From: a virus
Virus record (IMG/VR): IMGVR_UViG_3300021961_000065
Location: 10,814 to 74,813 of that record
Direction: 5' to 3' (one strand)
Length of the DNA: 64,000 nt
This document shows positions 1-10,425 of the stretch, piece after piece. Position numbers and translations under genes: made by a program. Every line of letters begins with the position of its first letter. Position 1 is the stretch's first letter. The notes under the pieces are model-generated. The model had not been told where the DNA came from and made no database searches. It saw nothing but the letters and a program-made list of their open reading frames with translations.

Positions 1-3000
1 CTCTGTATTTAAATATGTTTTCTGCTTTAGATACAGACTCCATGATTCTACCTACAGCTTTGTTAAAAGGTATATTAGGAGCCTGAGCTTGTCTGTCTCC
101 CATAAACCATGCAACTGATTGGAACAATCCATGTAATACTTCAATAGGAGCATTCGTAGCACTTACAGAAGCTGAAGCAGATATACTTACATCTGATTTC
201 TCATCCATTAATAACTCAGAAAGATATTCAATGGATAGGTCTATAGCTCCTTTTTGTAGAAGTTCAGCATTAGCTTGTATTTCAGGATTATCATGATTAG
301 CAAAATAATCATAGATTAGTTTACCTGCTCCACCTATTGTTCCATACTTAACTCCATGTAGTAGGACTCTATTACCTACTAACATAGCTCTTTGACCTCT
401 AGTTAAGTTAGTACCATTATCTTGTAATACTTGTACTAAGCCTTTAACGTTAATAGCTTGGAACTGTGTTAAGAAGGATAAAACAGGTTGTCTTTGAAAT
501 TGAAGAGCTCCTGCTCGAGACATCGAACCTGCTTGTTTCCATGCTTCAAAAGCTAACTGATTAATATTAGCTTTAGTAGTCCAATCCTTACCTGGATTAG
601 CTGCTTTCCATCTTTCTTTATTTTGTAAGAACATACCTACCAAGTTGCTTAATTCAGATACACCATATCCATATTTATTAAAACCACCTGCAACTACACC
701 TTCAGCAGTTTGTACAGGTCTTAGTATTTTACCTGGAATAGAGGTTCCTTCATCAAAACTTCTAATACGTCTTCCTAATACTTCATGAGCAGCCAAGTTC
801 TGGTTAATTGTTTCAAGAACATTAGCTTCTTTAAGTGCTTTCAATTCAAGATCATATTCTAATTTAGCTTTAGGATCTTTAATCATAATACTTTTAACAG
901 CTTGAGAATCAAAGCCCAATAGTTCTGAAGCTAATAAAGGTGTCTTTGTAAAAGTAGCCTTAGCTGTTTTAGGAAACACAGTAGCTTGTTCTATAAACAT
1001 AGAGGGTTGAATGATCCAGTGTCTCATAGGAAGTACATAAGTAATCATAAGTCTAGTAGCTAAAGCCTTACCTAGGGTAGAGGCACCAGTAATACCCATA
1101 CTTGCTAACTTTCTAAGTTCAGAAGCAGGTACTTTAAATGTACGAGACTCAAGAATATCAGCCATTGACTGTAGAGAGTTAAACCATATTCGATCAAAAG
1201 ACTTAACATCACCTGCTTGAATAAAGTGATCATGTCTTAGCCATGCAGATTGAGCATCCTTAACCATTTGTTCTAAGGCAGGAGAAGCTGCTTTACCTTT
1301 TGCAGTAGCTGATATTTCATTTAATGAAGTAGGATAAGTATCTCCAGGGATTACATCTTTAAAGTCTTTTACAAACTTCTGTGTAAAAGCTTTCTCAAAT
1401 TGAGATCCTGCTGCTGTAGAAGTAATTCTACGAGCACTTTCATGAAGAGCCTTTAAAGGATCCATGATAACATTGTCATCTTTAAGGTATCTAACACCTT
1501 CAGCTCGAGTCAGAGCATTTTTATAGTTGTCAGTATCCATCTTATAAATAGCAATATGATCAGATATACTGTTAGCTACTGACTTTTCAGGAGACATTAC
1601 AACAGCATCTGGAACATAATTAGGTGAATTAGGATCAGACATCTCTTTAACTAATAAGTCTGCCTCATATTTAGTAGTAGCTGTACCTTTAACTTCTGTA
1701 AAGCTATCTGGAACAGGTCTATTAGTTCCTCTACCATATTCAATACCATTATGTTTTACATAAATAGGTTTAGTCTTAATAAAGAAATGACTTTCATATT
1801 GTTTGTAATAGTGTCCAGGAATCTTATTAATAACTCTTTGAGGTAGAATCTTAAGCTCTGATTTTCCTTTAGCACTGATTAAAGCATAGTCAGCAGAGGC
1901 TCCAGTTACATCCTTCTGTCTCTTACTGAGTCTTACTAATTCTTTACCAGAAGCTACATTAACAGTAGAGTCCTTAGCATTAAAGATATTACCTTTGGAT
2001 TCATCAGGTACATATTTAACTATTTTTCCTGAATCAATATCTAATACTTCTGCAGGTACTTCAGATAAAAGTATACCTTTTTTCTGATTAAACTGTTTAG
2101 CAAACATAAGGGTCGGTCGATTATTTATATAGATACCTTTATCATAACCCTCTGCATATAGTCTAGTTTTCTCACCTTGATTGGTAATTTCAAATAGAGT
2201 ATCTTGAACAGTTCTCCATTCTTTCTGAAGAGCATCAAGTCTTTCTAATTGTTTAGTTGTAAGCTTATCTCCTAAACGAACACCATTTACTTCTATATTA
2301 GATAATTCAGAAACACTATAAAGATCTATACTTTCTGCTTCCATCTTTCTAGCAATATGACCCATGTAAGGATTGATGTCCCTACTTACTTTAACCATAT
2401 TGTCCATCTTTTCAGTAACACGATTTAAAAGGTTTTCAGCTTTCTCACTTACACCTTTTCTAGCCATCTCTGCCCATTTAGGAAAGTAACCAGTTCCTGA
2501 AAAGTATTCACTGATACTAGATGTTTTATATGCTCCTGCGTTTAAACCACCTATAAAAGACATAGTCTCAGAATCTAATCTATTGTCTTCTATTACAGGA
2601 TTATCTAGTAAGTCATACTTCTTCTTAAAGCCATATTCAATTTGAAACTCACCTTTATCTAATGTTTTAGCTTTAGATTTAAGGAAAGCATCAGCATCAT
2701 ACACTTTATTAGTTTTAAGGTCTCTTACTTTAATAGCACCTGGTTCATCCATAGCTTCTACTAAAGGTCTTAATTGTTTAATTCCATGTTCAACAGCAGC
2801 TTTACTAGCAAACGCATAGTCAGGACCTTGAGTAAATACCATCTCACCTTCAAGAACATTATCTACCATGTTAAAAGTAGAGGCAGGTTGATTATGATGT
2901 AGCTTAGTAGACTGAGCAATATTAAAACGTCTTTCAAAGTCAGCAAAACGAGCAGGAGAATCTACAATATTATCATCAAATAAAGAATCATAGATAATCT

Positions 3001-4192
3001 TAGCTGAATCTGACATTCCTTCTTTTTCTTTTAGTCTTCTATTAATATCAGGAATAGGACCATTTTGATCTGTCTTTTTACCAGTCTTAGCTAATACATT
3101 CTCAGCTATGATAGCTTCTTGAGAAGTACCCATAGCATCTGCAAGAGATGCACCATCAGGACCATCTAAAGAAGTAGCTAGAGTATCACCTGCTAGTTTA
3201 GGATTAGCTGTAACTGTGGCTACTGCAGGAGAATCTTTAGGATGTGTTAGTCTATTATATTGAGTTTTAAGAGGTTTCCATGCAAAAGGAATCATCATAC
3301 CTATTGCTTCCATAGTAAATAGAGCAGTCTCTTTATCCTTAGCTATACCTTTTTCTACAGCCTTATCAGCAATAAGTTCTAACTCACCTCCTACCCAATT
3401 AAGAGCCTGAGTAGCGTAGGCTTCATCAAATTCTTTCTCTACACCCATCCATTTAGCAAGAAACTTAGGATCTAAGTCATCAAACCAATTCTGTAGTTTG
3501 TCTACACCTAATTTAGTATTAGTCTTTTCTTCCCATTCTTTTCTATAACGAGCAATATCAACTTCTTTACCTTTAAGAAGGTCAACAGTTAGTCCTGCTA
3601 ATGAATAAAGAAACTGAGGAATCCCTTTAATAGTACCCACACCTAAGTTACCTACAAGAGATGCTGCTTCAGCACTAATAGGTTTAGCATAGTCTTCATC
3701 GATAGATTTAAGAAACGTTGTATTTTCTTTAATAGCTTCTATGTTATTATTGTTTACACGCTCATTTACAGAATCAACAACTTGATCTTGACCTTCCATA
3801 TCTAATGTTGATTGTCCTAGTTCAAGAATAGCTATATCTTCTATGTATTTATCTTTAAGAGATCTAGGAATAAAACCACCTAAACTATACTGACGAAGCA
3901 TTCTTTGCTTTTGATCTCTAGGAATAGTTTGATCACCCATAAGGTTAGCTATAACTAACTTATTCTTTTCATTGGCTTCTGCTTGATAAGCTACTTCTGC
4001 GTTTTGATATACGTCAGAATAACCTACTTGAGTGAAGTCATCATACGTTTTATTATAAACATCTACAGCATTATCCATATTAGACTGAGAAGCTAAATAA
4101 AAAGCCTTCTCTTTTGCCTCTGTTTCTGATAAAGGTCTGCCCTTAAGCTCTTCACCTTCAAACTGAAGCAGTGTCGTATTTTCAAATTCCAT
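1..4192 (-). CDS. Large internal virion (ejection) protein, apparently running off the window start
   Basis: Not in the ORF track. ATG at 4192 (MEFENTTLLQFEGEELKGRPLSETEAKEKAFYLASQ...) with upstream AGGA. Same position as the 1717-aa ORF at 43016-48169. Frame not checked codon by codon over its full length. Confidence 0.7.
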   Translation of the reverse strand, partial: MEFENTTLLQFEGEELKGRPLSETEAKEKAFYLASQSNMDNAVDVYNKTYDDFTQVGYSDVYQNAEVAYQAEANEKNKLVIANLMGDQTIPRDQKQRMLRQYSLGGFIPRSLKDKYIEDIAILELGQSTLDMEGQDQVVDSVNERVNNNNIEAIKENTTFLKSIDEDYAKPISAEAASLVGNLGVGTIKGIPQFLYSLAGLTVDLLKGKEVDIARYRKEWEEKTNTKLGVDKLQNWFDDLDPKFLAKWMGVEKEFDEAYATQALNWVGGELELIADKAVEKGIAKDKETALFTMEAIGMMIPFAWKPLKTQYNRLTHPKDSPAVATVTANPKLAGDTLATSLDGPDGASLADAMGTSQEAIIAENVLAKTGKKTDQNGPIPDINRRLKEKEGMSDSAKIIYDSLFDDNIVDSPARFADFERRFNIAQSTKLHHNQPASTFNMVDNVLEGEMVFTQGPDYAFASKAAVEHGIKQLRPLVEAMDEPGAIKVRDLKTNKVYDADAFLKSKAKTLDKGEFQIEYGFKKKYDLLDNPVIEDNRLDSETMSFIGGLNAGAYKTSSISEYFSGTGYFPKWAEMARKGVSEKAENLLNRVTEKMDNMVKVSRDINPYMGHIARKMEAESIDLYSVSELSNIEVNGVRLGDKLTTKQLERLDALQKEWRTVQDTLFEITNQGEKTRLYAEGYDKGIYINNRPTLMFAKQFNQKKGILLSEVPAEVLDIDSGKIVKYVPDESKGNIFNAKDSTVNVASGKELVRLSKRQKDVTGASADYALISAKGKSELKILPQRVINKIPGHYYKQYESHFFIKTKPIYVKHNGIEYGRGTNRPVPDSFTEVKGTATTKYEADLLVKEMSDPNSPNYVPDAVVMSPEKSVANSISDHIAIYKMDTDNYKNALTRAEGVRYLKDDNVIMDPLKALHESARRITSTAAGSQFEKAFTQKFVKDFKDVIPGDTYPTSLNEISATAKGKAASPALEQMVKDAQSAWLRHDHFIQAGDVKSFDRIWFNSLQSMADILESRTFKVPASELRKLASMGITGASTLGKALATRLMITYVLPMRHWIIQPSMFIEQATVFPKTAKATFTKTPLLASELLGFDSQAVKSIMIKDPKAKLEYDLELKALKEANVLETINQNLAAHEVLGRRIRSFDEGTSIPGKILRPVQTAEGVVAGGFNKYGYGVSELSNLVGMFLQNKERWKAANPGKDWTTKANINQLAFEAWKQAGSMSRAGALQFQRQPVLSFLTQFQAINVKGLVQVLQDNGTNLTRGQRAMLVGNRVLLHGVKYGTIGGAGKLIYDYFANHDNPEIQANAELLQKGAIDLSIEYLSELLMDEKSDVSISASASVSATNAPIEVLHGLFQSVAWFMGDRQAQAPNIPFNKAVGRIMESVSKAENIFKYR

Positions 4193-4201
4193 TAATTAAT
4201 C

Positions 4202-5017
4202 CTATACATTAAAGATGTTAATAAAGTCTTTTGACATTCCTGAAGCCATTGTAGCCATGTTTGTCCATTGATTAGCCTGTACTCCTGCCTGGTATCCTTT
4301 AGAAGCTGCAGTAGCAGCACCAATATTATATCCTGATTGTTCTTGAGCAAACCCTTGAGCTACGTTAATTTGTCCTATGTTAGCTGCAGCTTGAGTTGCT
4401 AAACCTCCTACTGCTCCAGTAAAGCTAGATGTACCTGCCATACCTATTCCTGCTCCACCTGTTGCTGCTGTAATTTGACCTGTTTTAATCCTTTGCTCTC
4501 TTACTTGAGCTATCCGTTGCAATCTTGCTTGAACAGCATTTTCTCTTTGTCTAGACTCTTCTAATTTCTTAGCTTCAGCTACTCGTTGTGCCTCAAACTT
4601 TGATTGTTGACCTGCATATTTTCTAGATTGAATTTGAGAAGCAACATTAAGACCAAGACCTGCTATAGAAGTAGCTTGTGATAAAGAAAGACCTGAAGTT
4701 GCTAACTTAGCTACACTTCCTAAGCCCTGTCCCATATAACCAAAGCTACCCATACCAAAAGCAGAATATCCTCCATAAGCAATAGCTGCTACTGCTGCTA
4801 CTTTTGCTATTGTTTTAACAGCTTTTTTATATTCAGGAAGACCTGTATATGGATTAATAGTACCAGAACCACCATACATTTTTAATAATAAAGCTTCTTC
4901 TGGATTAATATGAGCAAGCATTGTATCACCTTCTTGCCCTTTACCTGCAATATCATGATATAATTCTTTAAGTAATTCTACTTTTTCTTTAGTAGATAAG
5001 TTTCTTATTAAACTCAT
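4202..5017 (-). CDS. Small internal virion/ejection protein with N-terminal GDTxLAHINPEEA..GGSGTINPxTGLPEY domain
   Basis: Gly/Ala/Gln-rich with a hydrophobic segment and coiled coil. T7 gp14-like position after the nozzle gene. C-terminal half resembles 48173-48790. Confidence 0.65.
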   Translation of the reverse strand: MSLIRNLSTKEKVELLKELYHDIAGKGQEGDTMLAHINPEEALLLKMYGGSGTINPYTGLPEYKKAVKTIAKVAAVAAIAYGGYSAFGMGSFGYMGQGLGSVAKLATSGLSLSQATSIAGLGLNVASQIQSRKYAGQQSKFEAQRVAEAKKLEESRQRENAVQARLQRIAQVREQRIKTGQITAATGGAGIGMAGTSSFTGAVGGLATQAAANIGQINVAQGFAQEQSGYNIGAATAASKGYQAGVQANQWTNMATMASGMSKDFINIFNV

Positions 5018-5027
5018 AGTGTCTCCC

Positions 5028-5333
5028 TTATAATACTTTTTTAGTTAATATTTGTTGCATTCCATCTGTTGTTGTAACTATAAAATTGGTTGGCATCATA
5101 CCAAACATCTTATTAAATTTAAGATCAAGTATAGTTTCTGGTAATCCATATATTTCTTTTATACCCATAGCTTTAATTTTAGGTATAATAATATTATCCC
5201 AAACATGTAAATATCTTTTATAAGTATCAGGACTCCATTGGATTGAATCCATGTGAAGCATCCATCCAGGAAGATCCTTATCATATCTTATATGGACATA
5301 TCCATTACCTGGTTCTTCGTATAATATATTCAT
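5028..5333 (-). CDS. Small virion assembly protein (T7 gp13-like position, possibly GNAT-like)
   Basis: Lies between nozzle and ejection genes. Homologous to 48790-49110 (ILYEE.GNGYV, TYKRY, I.E.YGL, KFN..FG). Confidence 0.5.
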   Translation of the reverse strand: MNILYEEPGNGYVHIRYDKDLPGWMLHMDSIQWSPDTYKRYLHVWDNIIIPKIKAMGIKEIYGLPETILDLKFNKMFGMMPTNFIVTTTDGMQQILTKKVL

Positions 5334-7582
5334 TAAACATTAGAAGTTGCTGTGGCAGGGAACGCCCATCCTAGTAACTTCATATCTTTTCCTTCTTCTG
5401 AATTTATCTTTAAACTTATTGTTTTACCAGAACCTCTTAGCTTATTCTTTGTTATAATAACTCCATCACCATAGTCAAAAGGATCTCCTGATCCAGTAGG
5501 TATGTAGTTTCTTAATAAACGATAAGCTTGGAATTCTGATCCCCATTTACCACTATTAGCACTATTTGACCAATTCCATTGTGATTGTACTTTACATGAT
5601 GATTGGTTATTAAGAATTAAATTAGATCCTGAAGCTATATAGCCATCTTCTGTACGAGTAAAATAGAAGAATACATAAGGTATTTGTTTGTCTCTCATAA
5701 CATCACCAAACAACTCATAACCTGTTACAAGATAACTAGTATAGCTAACTCCTGTACCATTTTCTGTTACCCAATCTTTAAATGACAAGTTATTAAATTT
5801 AGATAGAGTAAAAGAAGTACCTACTATAGTTAAATAACTAAATTGTGAACTTCTATTTAATAACAAATCTTCTGTTGTTACTACAGTATCAGAATTACTA
5901 TCTATAACTGTATCTCCACTTGTAACTAATACAGATTGATCAAAACTAGATACGGCATAACCAGGTACTTCAATATAGTCAGCTACATAAGGTGAATTAG
6001 TTGCAAGATCACTAAATGTATTTGTGTACCAAGCTTGGAGTGTAAGATCATATACAAGTTCCTTGGTATACTTATTTATATAATTATTGTTCGTATAAGA
6101 AGTACTATCATTATATAACCAACGTACTCTATTTTCTTTCTCATCATAGAATCCTTTACAGTTGTTTTTACCAATGTCAGGAATACCTAAATATAAAGAT
6201 TGAATTGTTGTAAGTGATAAAGATTCAGCTTTAAATCTTCCTGCTACAGAGTCTGTAGATAATAAATAAATACCTGCTTTAGACCAATATACAAAGTTAC
6301 CCCCTACATTAACTACAGATTTAGAATTTAAGATTCCATTTGGAGAAATCTTACTTGCTTGGAAAGAAGTAGCTACGAAACCATTAGTATCTCCATAAAC
6401 TTCCCACACACCATTCTCTGCAAAGACAAGTAAAGATGATTGAGAAGAAATTATCTTAACAATACGAGTAGCTTCTGGTATCTGAATAGTACCCCCATCA
6501 GAGTCAATAATGTCATTAATACCAGGATCTGTAGGATCAGCTTCTTGATGACATTTACCTAAGTCTGTATTAGATGTTACAACTTTAGTAAAGAATATAT
6601 ATCCTGAATAATTAGGAGATTTAGCATCACCATTTGTAACACTAGAATCAATACCTGAATAGAATATACGTTGAGCATAAGAAGCAATAGTAGATATATT
6701 ACCTGTTTCTGTATCTGAATTAAGTCCTGTAACATCTGTTCCTGCTTCTCTAGAAGAACCTCTATCAAAGGCATCTATAATGATTGAACCTCTAGCTACT
6801 GTATAACGTGATTGTGAGTTCTTTTGTAATACTACTGGATCAAACTTTTCATAATTAGCATCGGCTGAATTACTAATCTTACCAAGAGTCCATGAATCAG
6901 AATTACTTGGATATTTACTTAGAGCAGTAAATGTTTCAGCTAAAGCATCTCCTCCTCCTTTAGTAACAATGTTTTCATTCCAACCTTGGTTACGAAGATT
7001 ATACTTATGCTCATCTGATAGAGTAGCAGGTCTTTCATCATCTCCTAAACCATCTACTAATCCCCATATATCTCTAACTTTAATATCAATAGTAGATTGA
7101 GTTACTGTATCTGTTGTACTATTGTAAGAAAGAAGTACAGGTTTATCTATGTCTTTAGAAACAATAATTAACTGATTGTTAATAACAGCAGTTTCTATAT
7201 TATTGTTAGATAGTCCTGTTATCGTAATAGAATTACCACTATTTAATAAATTAGCACTAGGAGCTGAAGTTAAGAGATCTATAAACCATAGTTTATTTTT
7301 AACACGAATAACACCAATAGCTACAGATGAGTTACCACTAGGAGTATCCCATCTATGAAAAGATTGTTTACCTTGTTTAATATCATCTGCTGTTAAACCT
7401 GTAGAAGTCTTTGCATAGGCACCTTCATAGTCTAAACCTAGTCTACGAGAGCGTGAGCCATCTCTATTGAGTACAAAGTTTTGTTCGTCAATAGAAGCAT
7501 TCTCTGGAAATGTAAGAGGACTCGCCTCTGTAATTAGACCCTTGACAAAGGATCTAAAGACTTTCTCGGTTTTAGCTGCCAA
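5333..7582 (-). CDS. Tail tubular protein B / nozzle
   Basis: 749 aa, beta-rich, podovirus gene order, strong homologue at 49103-51400. Confidence 0.75.
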   Translation of the reverse strand: MAAKTEKVFRSFVKGLITEASPLTFPENASIDEQNFVLNRDGSRSRRLGLDYEGAYAKTSTGLTADDIKQGKQSFHRWDTPSGNSSVAIGVIRVKNKLWFIDLLTSAPSANLLNSGNSITITGLSNNNIETAVINNQLIIVSKDIDKPVLLSYNSTTDTVTQSTIDIKVRDIWGLVDGLGDDERPATLSDEHKYNLRNQGWNENIVTKGGGDALAETFTALSKYPSNSDSWTLGKISNSADANYEKFDPVVLQKNSQSRYTVARGSIIIDAFDRGSSREAGTDVTGLNSDTETGNISTIASYAQRIFYSGIDSSVTNGDAKSPNYSGYIFFTKVVTSNTDLGKCHQEADPTDPGINDIIDSDGGTIQIPEATRIVKIISSQSSLLVFAENGVWEVYGDTNGFVATSFQASKISPNGILNSKSVVNVGGNFVYWSKAGIYLLSTDSVAGRFKAESLSLTTIQSLYLGIPDIGKNNCKGFYDEKENRVRWLYNDSTSYTNNNYINKYTKELVYDLTLQAWYTNTFSDLATNSPYVADYIEVPGYAVSSFDQSVLVTSGDTVIDSNSDTVVTTEDLLLNRSSQFSYLTIVGTSFTLSKFNNLSFKDWVTENGTGVSYTSYLVTGYELFGDVMRDKQIPYVFFYFTRTEDGYIASGSNLILNNQSSCKVQSQWNWSNSANSGKWGSEFQAYRLLRNYIPTGSGDPFDYGDGVIITKNKLRGSGKTISLKINSEEGKDMKLLGWAFPATATSNV

Positions 7583-7586
7583 TTAA

Positions 7587-7856
7587 TTATTCCTCAGTAG
7601 ATTGTTCTTCTTTTTCTTTAATAGTCTTTTTAAGATCTTTAACAAACTCTTTGTTTTCTGCTTTCTTTTCGAAACGATCTTTGTTATTTAGTAGATAGTT
7701 ACGAACAGCTATTTGTGCTACAGCACTTGATGTAAAGAATCCTGCTAGTTCTTGTGGTGTTTGTCCACCTTGAGTAAATTGTATTTTATAATGTCCAGTA
7801 CCTGGAGCATTAACAATCTGTATCTCCTTACCATTTGGGGTCATAAATGTATCCAT
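7587..7856 (-). CDS. Conserved hypothetical phage protein
   Basis: GGQTPQELAGFFTS matches GGELPEQLGGHFTS in 51401-51643. Confidence 0.6.
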   Translation of the reverse strand: MDTFMTPNGKEIQIVNAPGTGHYKIQFTQGGQTPQELAGFFTSSAVAQIAVRNYLLNNKDRFEKKAENKEFVKDLKKTIKEKEEQSTEE

Positions 7857-7870
7857 TGTTTATCCTTAAG

Positions 7871-8107
7871 TTATTTAATTTTAGACTTTTTATAGTTCTC
7901 TTTGTTTTCTTCTCTAGTTTGAATAGTTCTAGCCATAGAGTCTTTAACTATGTTTTTCATACCTTCATAGAGCTTCTTACCTGCTTTGATAGGTGAGGGT
8001 GGTTTACCTTCGCCCATATTAGCTTTAGTAGAGTTAGCATCACGAATAGCTGCTATCTCTTCAGCAGTCATTTCGCTAGGTTTTTTACCTTTATATAAAT
8101 CTCCCAT
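7871..8107 (-). CDS. Hypothetical charged protein
   Basis: In-operon ORF; start overlaps the upstream stop. Confidence 0.5.
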   Translation of the reverse strand: MGDLYKGKKPSEMTAEEIAAIRDANSTKANMGEGKPPSPIKAGKKLYEGMKNIVKDSMARTIQTREENKENYKKSKIK

Positions 8108-8523
8108 TAGTTTCCTCCCATCATTTTACGAGCTTTTCTTTCAGCTTCTCTAGCCCAAGACATACGATCTTCTGATGGTTCTGACTTAGCTGATAAAGTA
8201 CCAGTAGCTGTTTCTTTTGATTGACTCAAATTATTAACATAGTCTTGTACAATAGGATTATTAGAATAGCTCTCTGCAGAAGAAGTAGATTCTTTTACAC
8301 TAGATTTAGAATTATAATTAGGTCCTTGTCTAAGCACATCATCAGATTGTCTTACTACTGAAGTTTGAGGAGCTGTTGATTTACGAGGTACTGTATAATC
8401 AGGTCCTTTTGAAGTATCAGTAGGAATATACTTAGGTTTTTTTAGATTAGCTTTATATCTTTCATTAGCTTCTTTATTAGCTTTTTCATAAGAAGGTTGT
8501 TTGTACTTTTTCATGAGTGGCAT
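8107..8523 (-). CDS. Hypothetical low-complexity Ser/Lys-rich protein
   Basis: In-operon ORF with AGGA upstream. Confidence 0.5.
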   Translation of the reverse strand: MPLMKKYKQPSYEKANKEANERYKANLKKPKYIPTDTSKGPDYTVPRKSTAPQTSVVRQSDDVLRQGPNYNSKSSVKESTSSAESYSNNPIVQDYVNNLSQSKETATGTLSAKSEPSEDRMSWAREAERKARKMMGGN

Positions 8524-8525
8524 GA

Positions 8526-8669
8526 TTAATATCCTTGTTTTTTAGGTTTAACTATCTTTTTCATAGGTTTCTTTTTCATTGTTTTCATAGAAGTTTTCCT
8601 TTTCTTAGTTGATTTACCATATTGTTCTTTGTGAACAAATGCCTGAGTATTGCTCGTTAGTTGTGACAT
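8526..8669 (-). CDS. 47-aa basic peptide whose N-terminus resembles the major capsid protein N-terminus
   Basis: Hand translation: MSQLTSNTQAFVHKEQYGKSTKKRKTSMKTMKKKPMKKIVKPKKQGY. TAATG coupling to the adaptor gene. Homologue at 51887-52051. Confidence 0.8.
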   Translation of the reverse strand: MSQLTSNTQAFVHKEQYGKSTKKRKTSMKTMKKKPMKKIVKPKKQGY

Positions 8670-9445
8670 TAGTAGTTAGGTTTTCCTTTCACTCCTGGTT
8701 TACGTCCATAATTACCAAAGGTAATTCCATTCTTTAGTTTCCATGCCTCTTGAGACATTCTACGTTTCTGTGAAACGGATACTTGTTCAGCCTTAGGATT
8801 ACCCATTTGTTTTAATGTAATAAAGCAAGTAGACTTAGCTTCTGCTAATAAGTATGTAAACATTTGAACAGGAAGATCAGGTGTAAAAGAATCTGTTATA
8901 CTAAAAGCAACTGATCGTTTGCCATGACACTGTGTCTTACTACTTACAAGAGTAGAATTAACAGCACTATCATAAGAATCAAATACAAGATTGTCATCAT
9001 CAAATGAAGTAAAGTATTGAGGAGGTTTATCATTATAAATTAATAAAGATATACCTGTTGTATCTGTTACTGTAGTTACATTAGATGCAGAACTATCTCT
9101 TTGATTCAAGATATAAAGAAAGTCTTCAGGAGTCTTATAGAGAATCTCTTTATACTTGTCCTTAGTATCTGTAAGTTTTCTACAATTATAATTAAGCTTC
9201 TTAAGATCAATAATAGTTTCAGGTAGACTCATGTGAGTAGGTCTTGCTGAAGTACCACTACTATCTAATTGAAACAACTCATAGAGAAAAGGAAAGTCTT
9301 TACCATCTATAATGTTATAATAAGTTGATTTAATAATCTGTGCTACTTGTAAGGCTTCGACTGTATCATTAATACTATTAATTTCATCAGAGTCCATATC
9401 TGACATGATGTCTTGTACCATTTCAAGTAGTGTCATTTTAGCCAT
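8669..9445 (-). CDS. Tail tubular protein A / head-tail adaptor
   Basis: N-terminus MTLLEMVQDIMSDMDSDEINSI is typical of gp11-like adaptors. Gene order fits. Homologue at 52051-52827. Confidence 0.7.
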   Translation of the reverse strand: MAKMTLLEMVQDIMSDMDSDEINSINDTVEALQVAQIIKSTYYNIIDGKDFPFLYELFQLDSSGTSARPTHMSLPETIIDLKKLNYNCRKLTDTKDKYKEILYKTPEDFLYILNQRDSSASNVTTVTDTTGISLLIYNDKPPQYFTSFDDDNLVFDSYDSAVNSTLVSSKTQCHGKRSVAFSITDSFTPDLPVQMFTYLLAEAKSTCFITLKQMGNPKAEQVSVSQKRRMSQEAWKLKNGITFGNYGRKPGVKGKPNY

Positions 9446-9449
9446 AATT

Positions 9450-10022
9450 TTATCCTAGAAATAAAACAGTTAAACCTGCTTCAGTTGGAGTAATATTAGT
9501 TCCTGAAGAAGTACCATCTCCTCCTACAAACATGGATAGTGTTTGACCTGCTGTTGCATTAACTAAACCACTAGAAGCTAAAGTAATTTTATCAGCTCCA
9601 TTAGTAGGTTTAGCAACAGTTGTTAATCGAGCTCCTACAGAACCATTTAAAGCATATTTAAAGTTATAAACTGAACCTGAAGCAATAGCTGCTGTTGTAA
9701 AGTTAATCCAGAAATCTACATAATAAGTACCTGCTTGATTAAGAGTAATGATACCACTTGCAGGAGTTGTAGTTAAAATAGACACATCACCTTGTGTCCA
9801 TTCTCCACTTGGATTAAGAAGTGAATAAGCAGAAGCACCTGCTAATGTATGAGCAGTAGCACCTGCTGAGATGTATAGATCTGCATGAGCTTTACCTGGA
9901 GGGTATGTCCATGCACCAGAACCTGATCCATTAGAAATATATACTTTACCACTTGTAGCAGCAGCTACACCCTTAGGCTCATGTATATCTGGATCTGTGA
10001 TAATGTTATGTTGTATAGTCAT
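9450..10022 (-). CDS. Virion structural protein (putative head fibre/decoration)
   Basis: HEPKG..GKVY.SNGSGSGAW N-terminus, beta-rich C-domain. Homologue at 52837-53412. Confidence 0.55.
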   Translation of the reverse strand: MTIQHNIITDPDIHEPKGVAAATSGKVYISNGSGSGAWTYPPGKAHADLYISAGATAHTLAGASAYSLLNPSGEWTQGDVSILTTTPASGIITLNQAGTYYVDFWINFTTAAIASGSVYNFKYALNGSVGARLTTVAKPTNGADKITLASSGLVNATAGQTLSMFVGGDGTSSGTNITPTEAGLTVLFLG

Positions 10023-10425
10023 TTAATATATATTCCTAAAAGATAAGGGAGGGTCCGAAGACCCTCATCCTTAATTAGTTTTTGTCGTAAACGTATTCAA
10101 CGACAAGTCGAGCTTTACCTGTAAGTAAATCGTCAACGTTAGGAGCAACTACAACTTCTCCTGCAGTAGCACCGATTGTTTTACCTACTAAAGCACCTGC
10201 ACCAGTAACAACGTTACCTGCAGTGCCAATAGCTGTTTGTGTAGCCTCATCAGCTTCCACCAAACCATCAGCATCGATAGCAACACCTGCAGAATTATAC
10301 AATCCAACAACTAAGTCTGTTGTAGTAGATGTAGAAGTAAATGCTACATCAACATATAACTTAGCTGAAACGATTGTTGCGTTTGCAGGAATAACATATT
10401 GTAAATTGCTAGTACCAGAAGCAGG
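9964..10425. repeat. 462-bp exact direct repeat, copy 1 (copy 2 at 53354-53815)
   Basis: Line-by-line comparison found no mismatch across this interval; offset 43,390 bp. Confidence 0.9.
10036..10073 (-). terminator. Intrinsic terminator after the capsid genes
   Basis: Minus strand GAGGGTC-TTCG-GACCCTC stem with extended TAAGG/CCTTA pairing, followed by TCTTTT. Confidence 0.75.
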
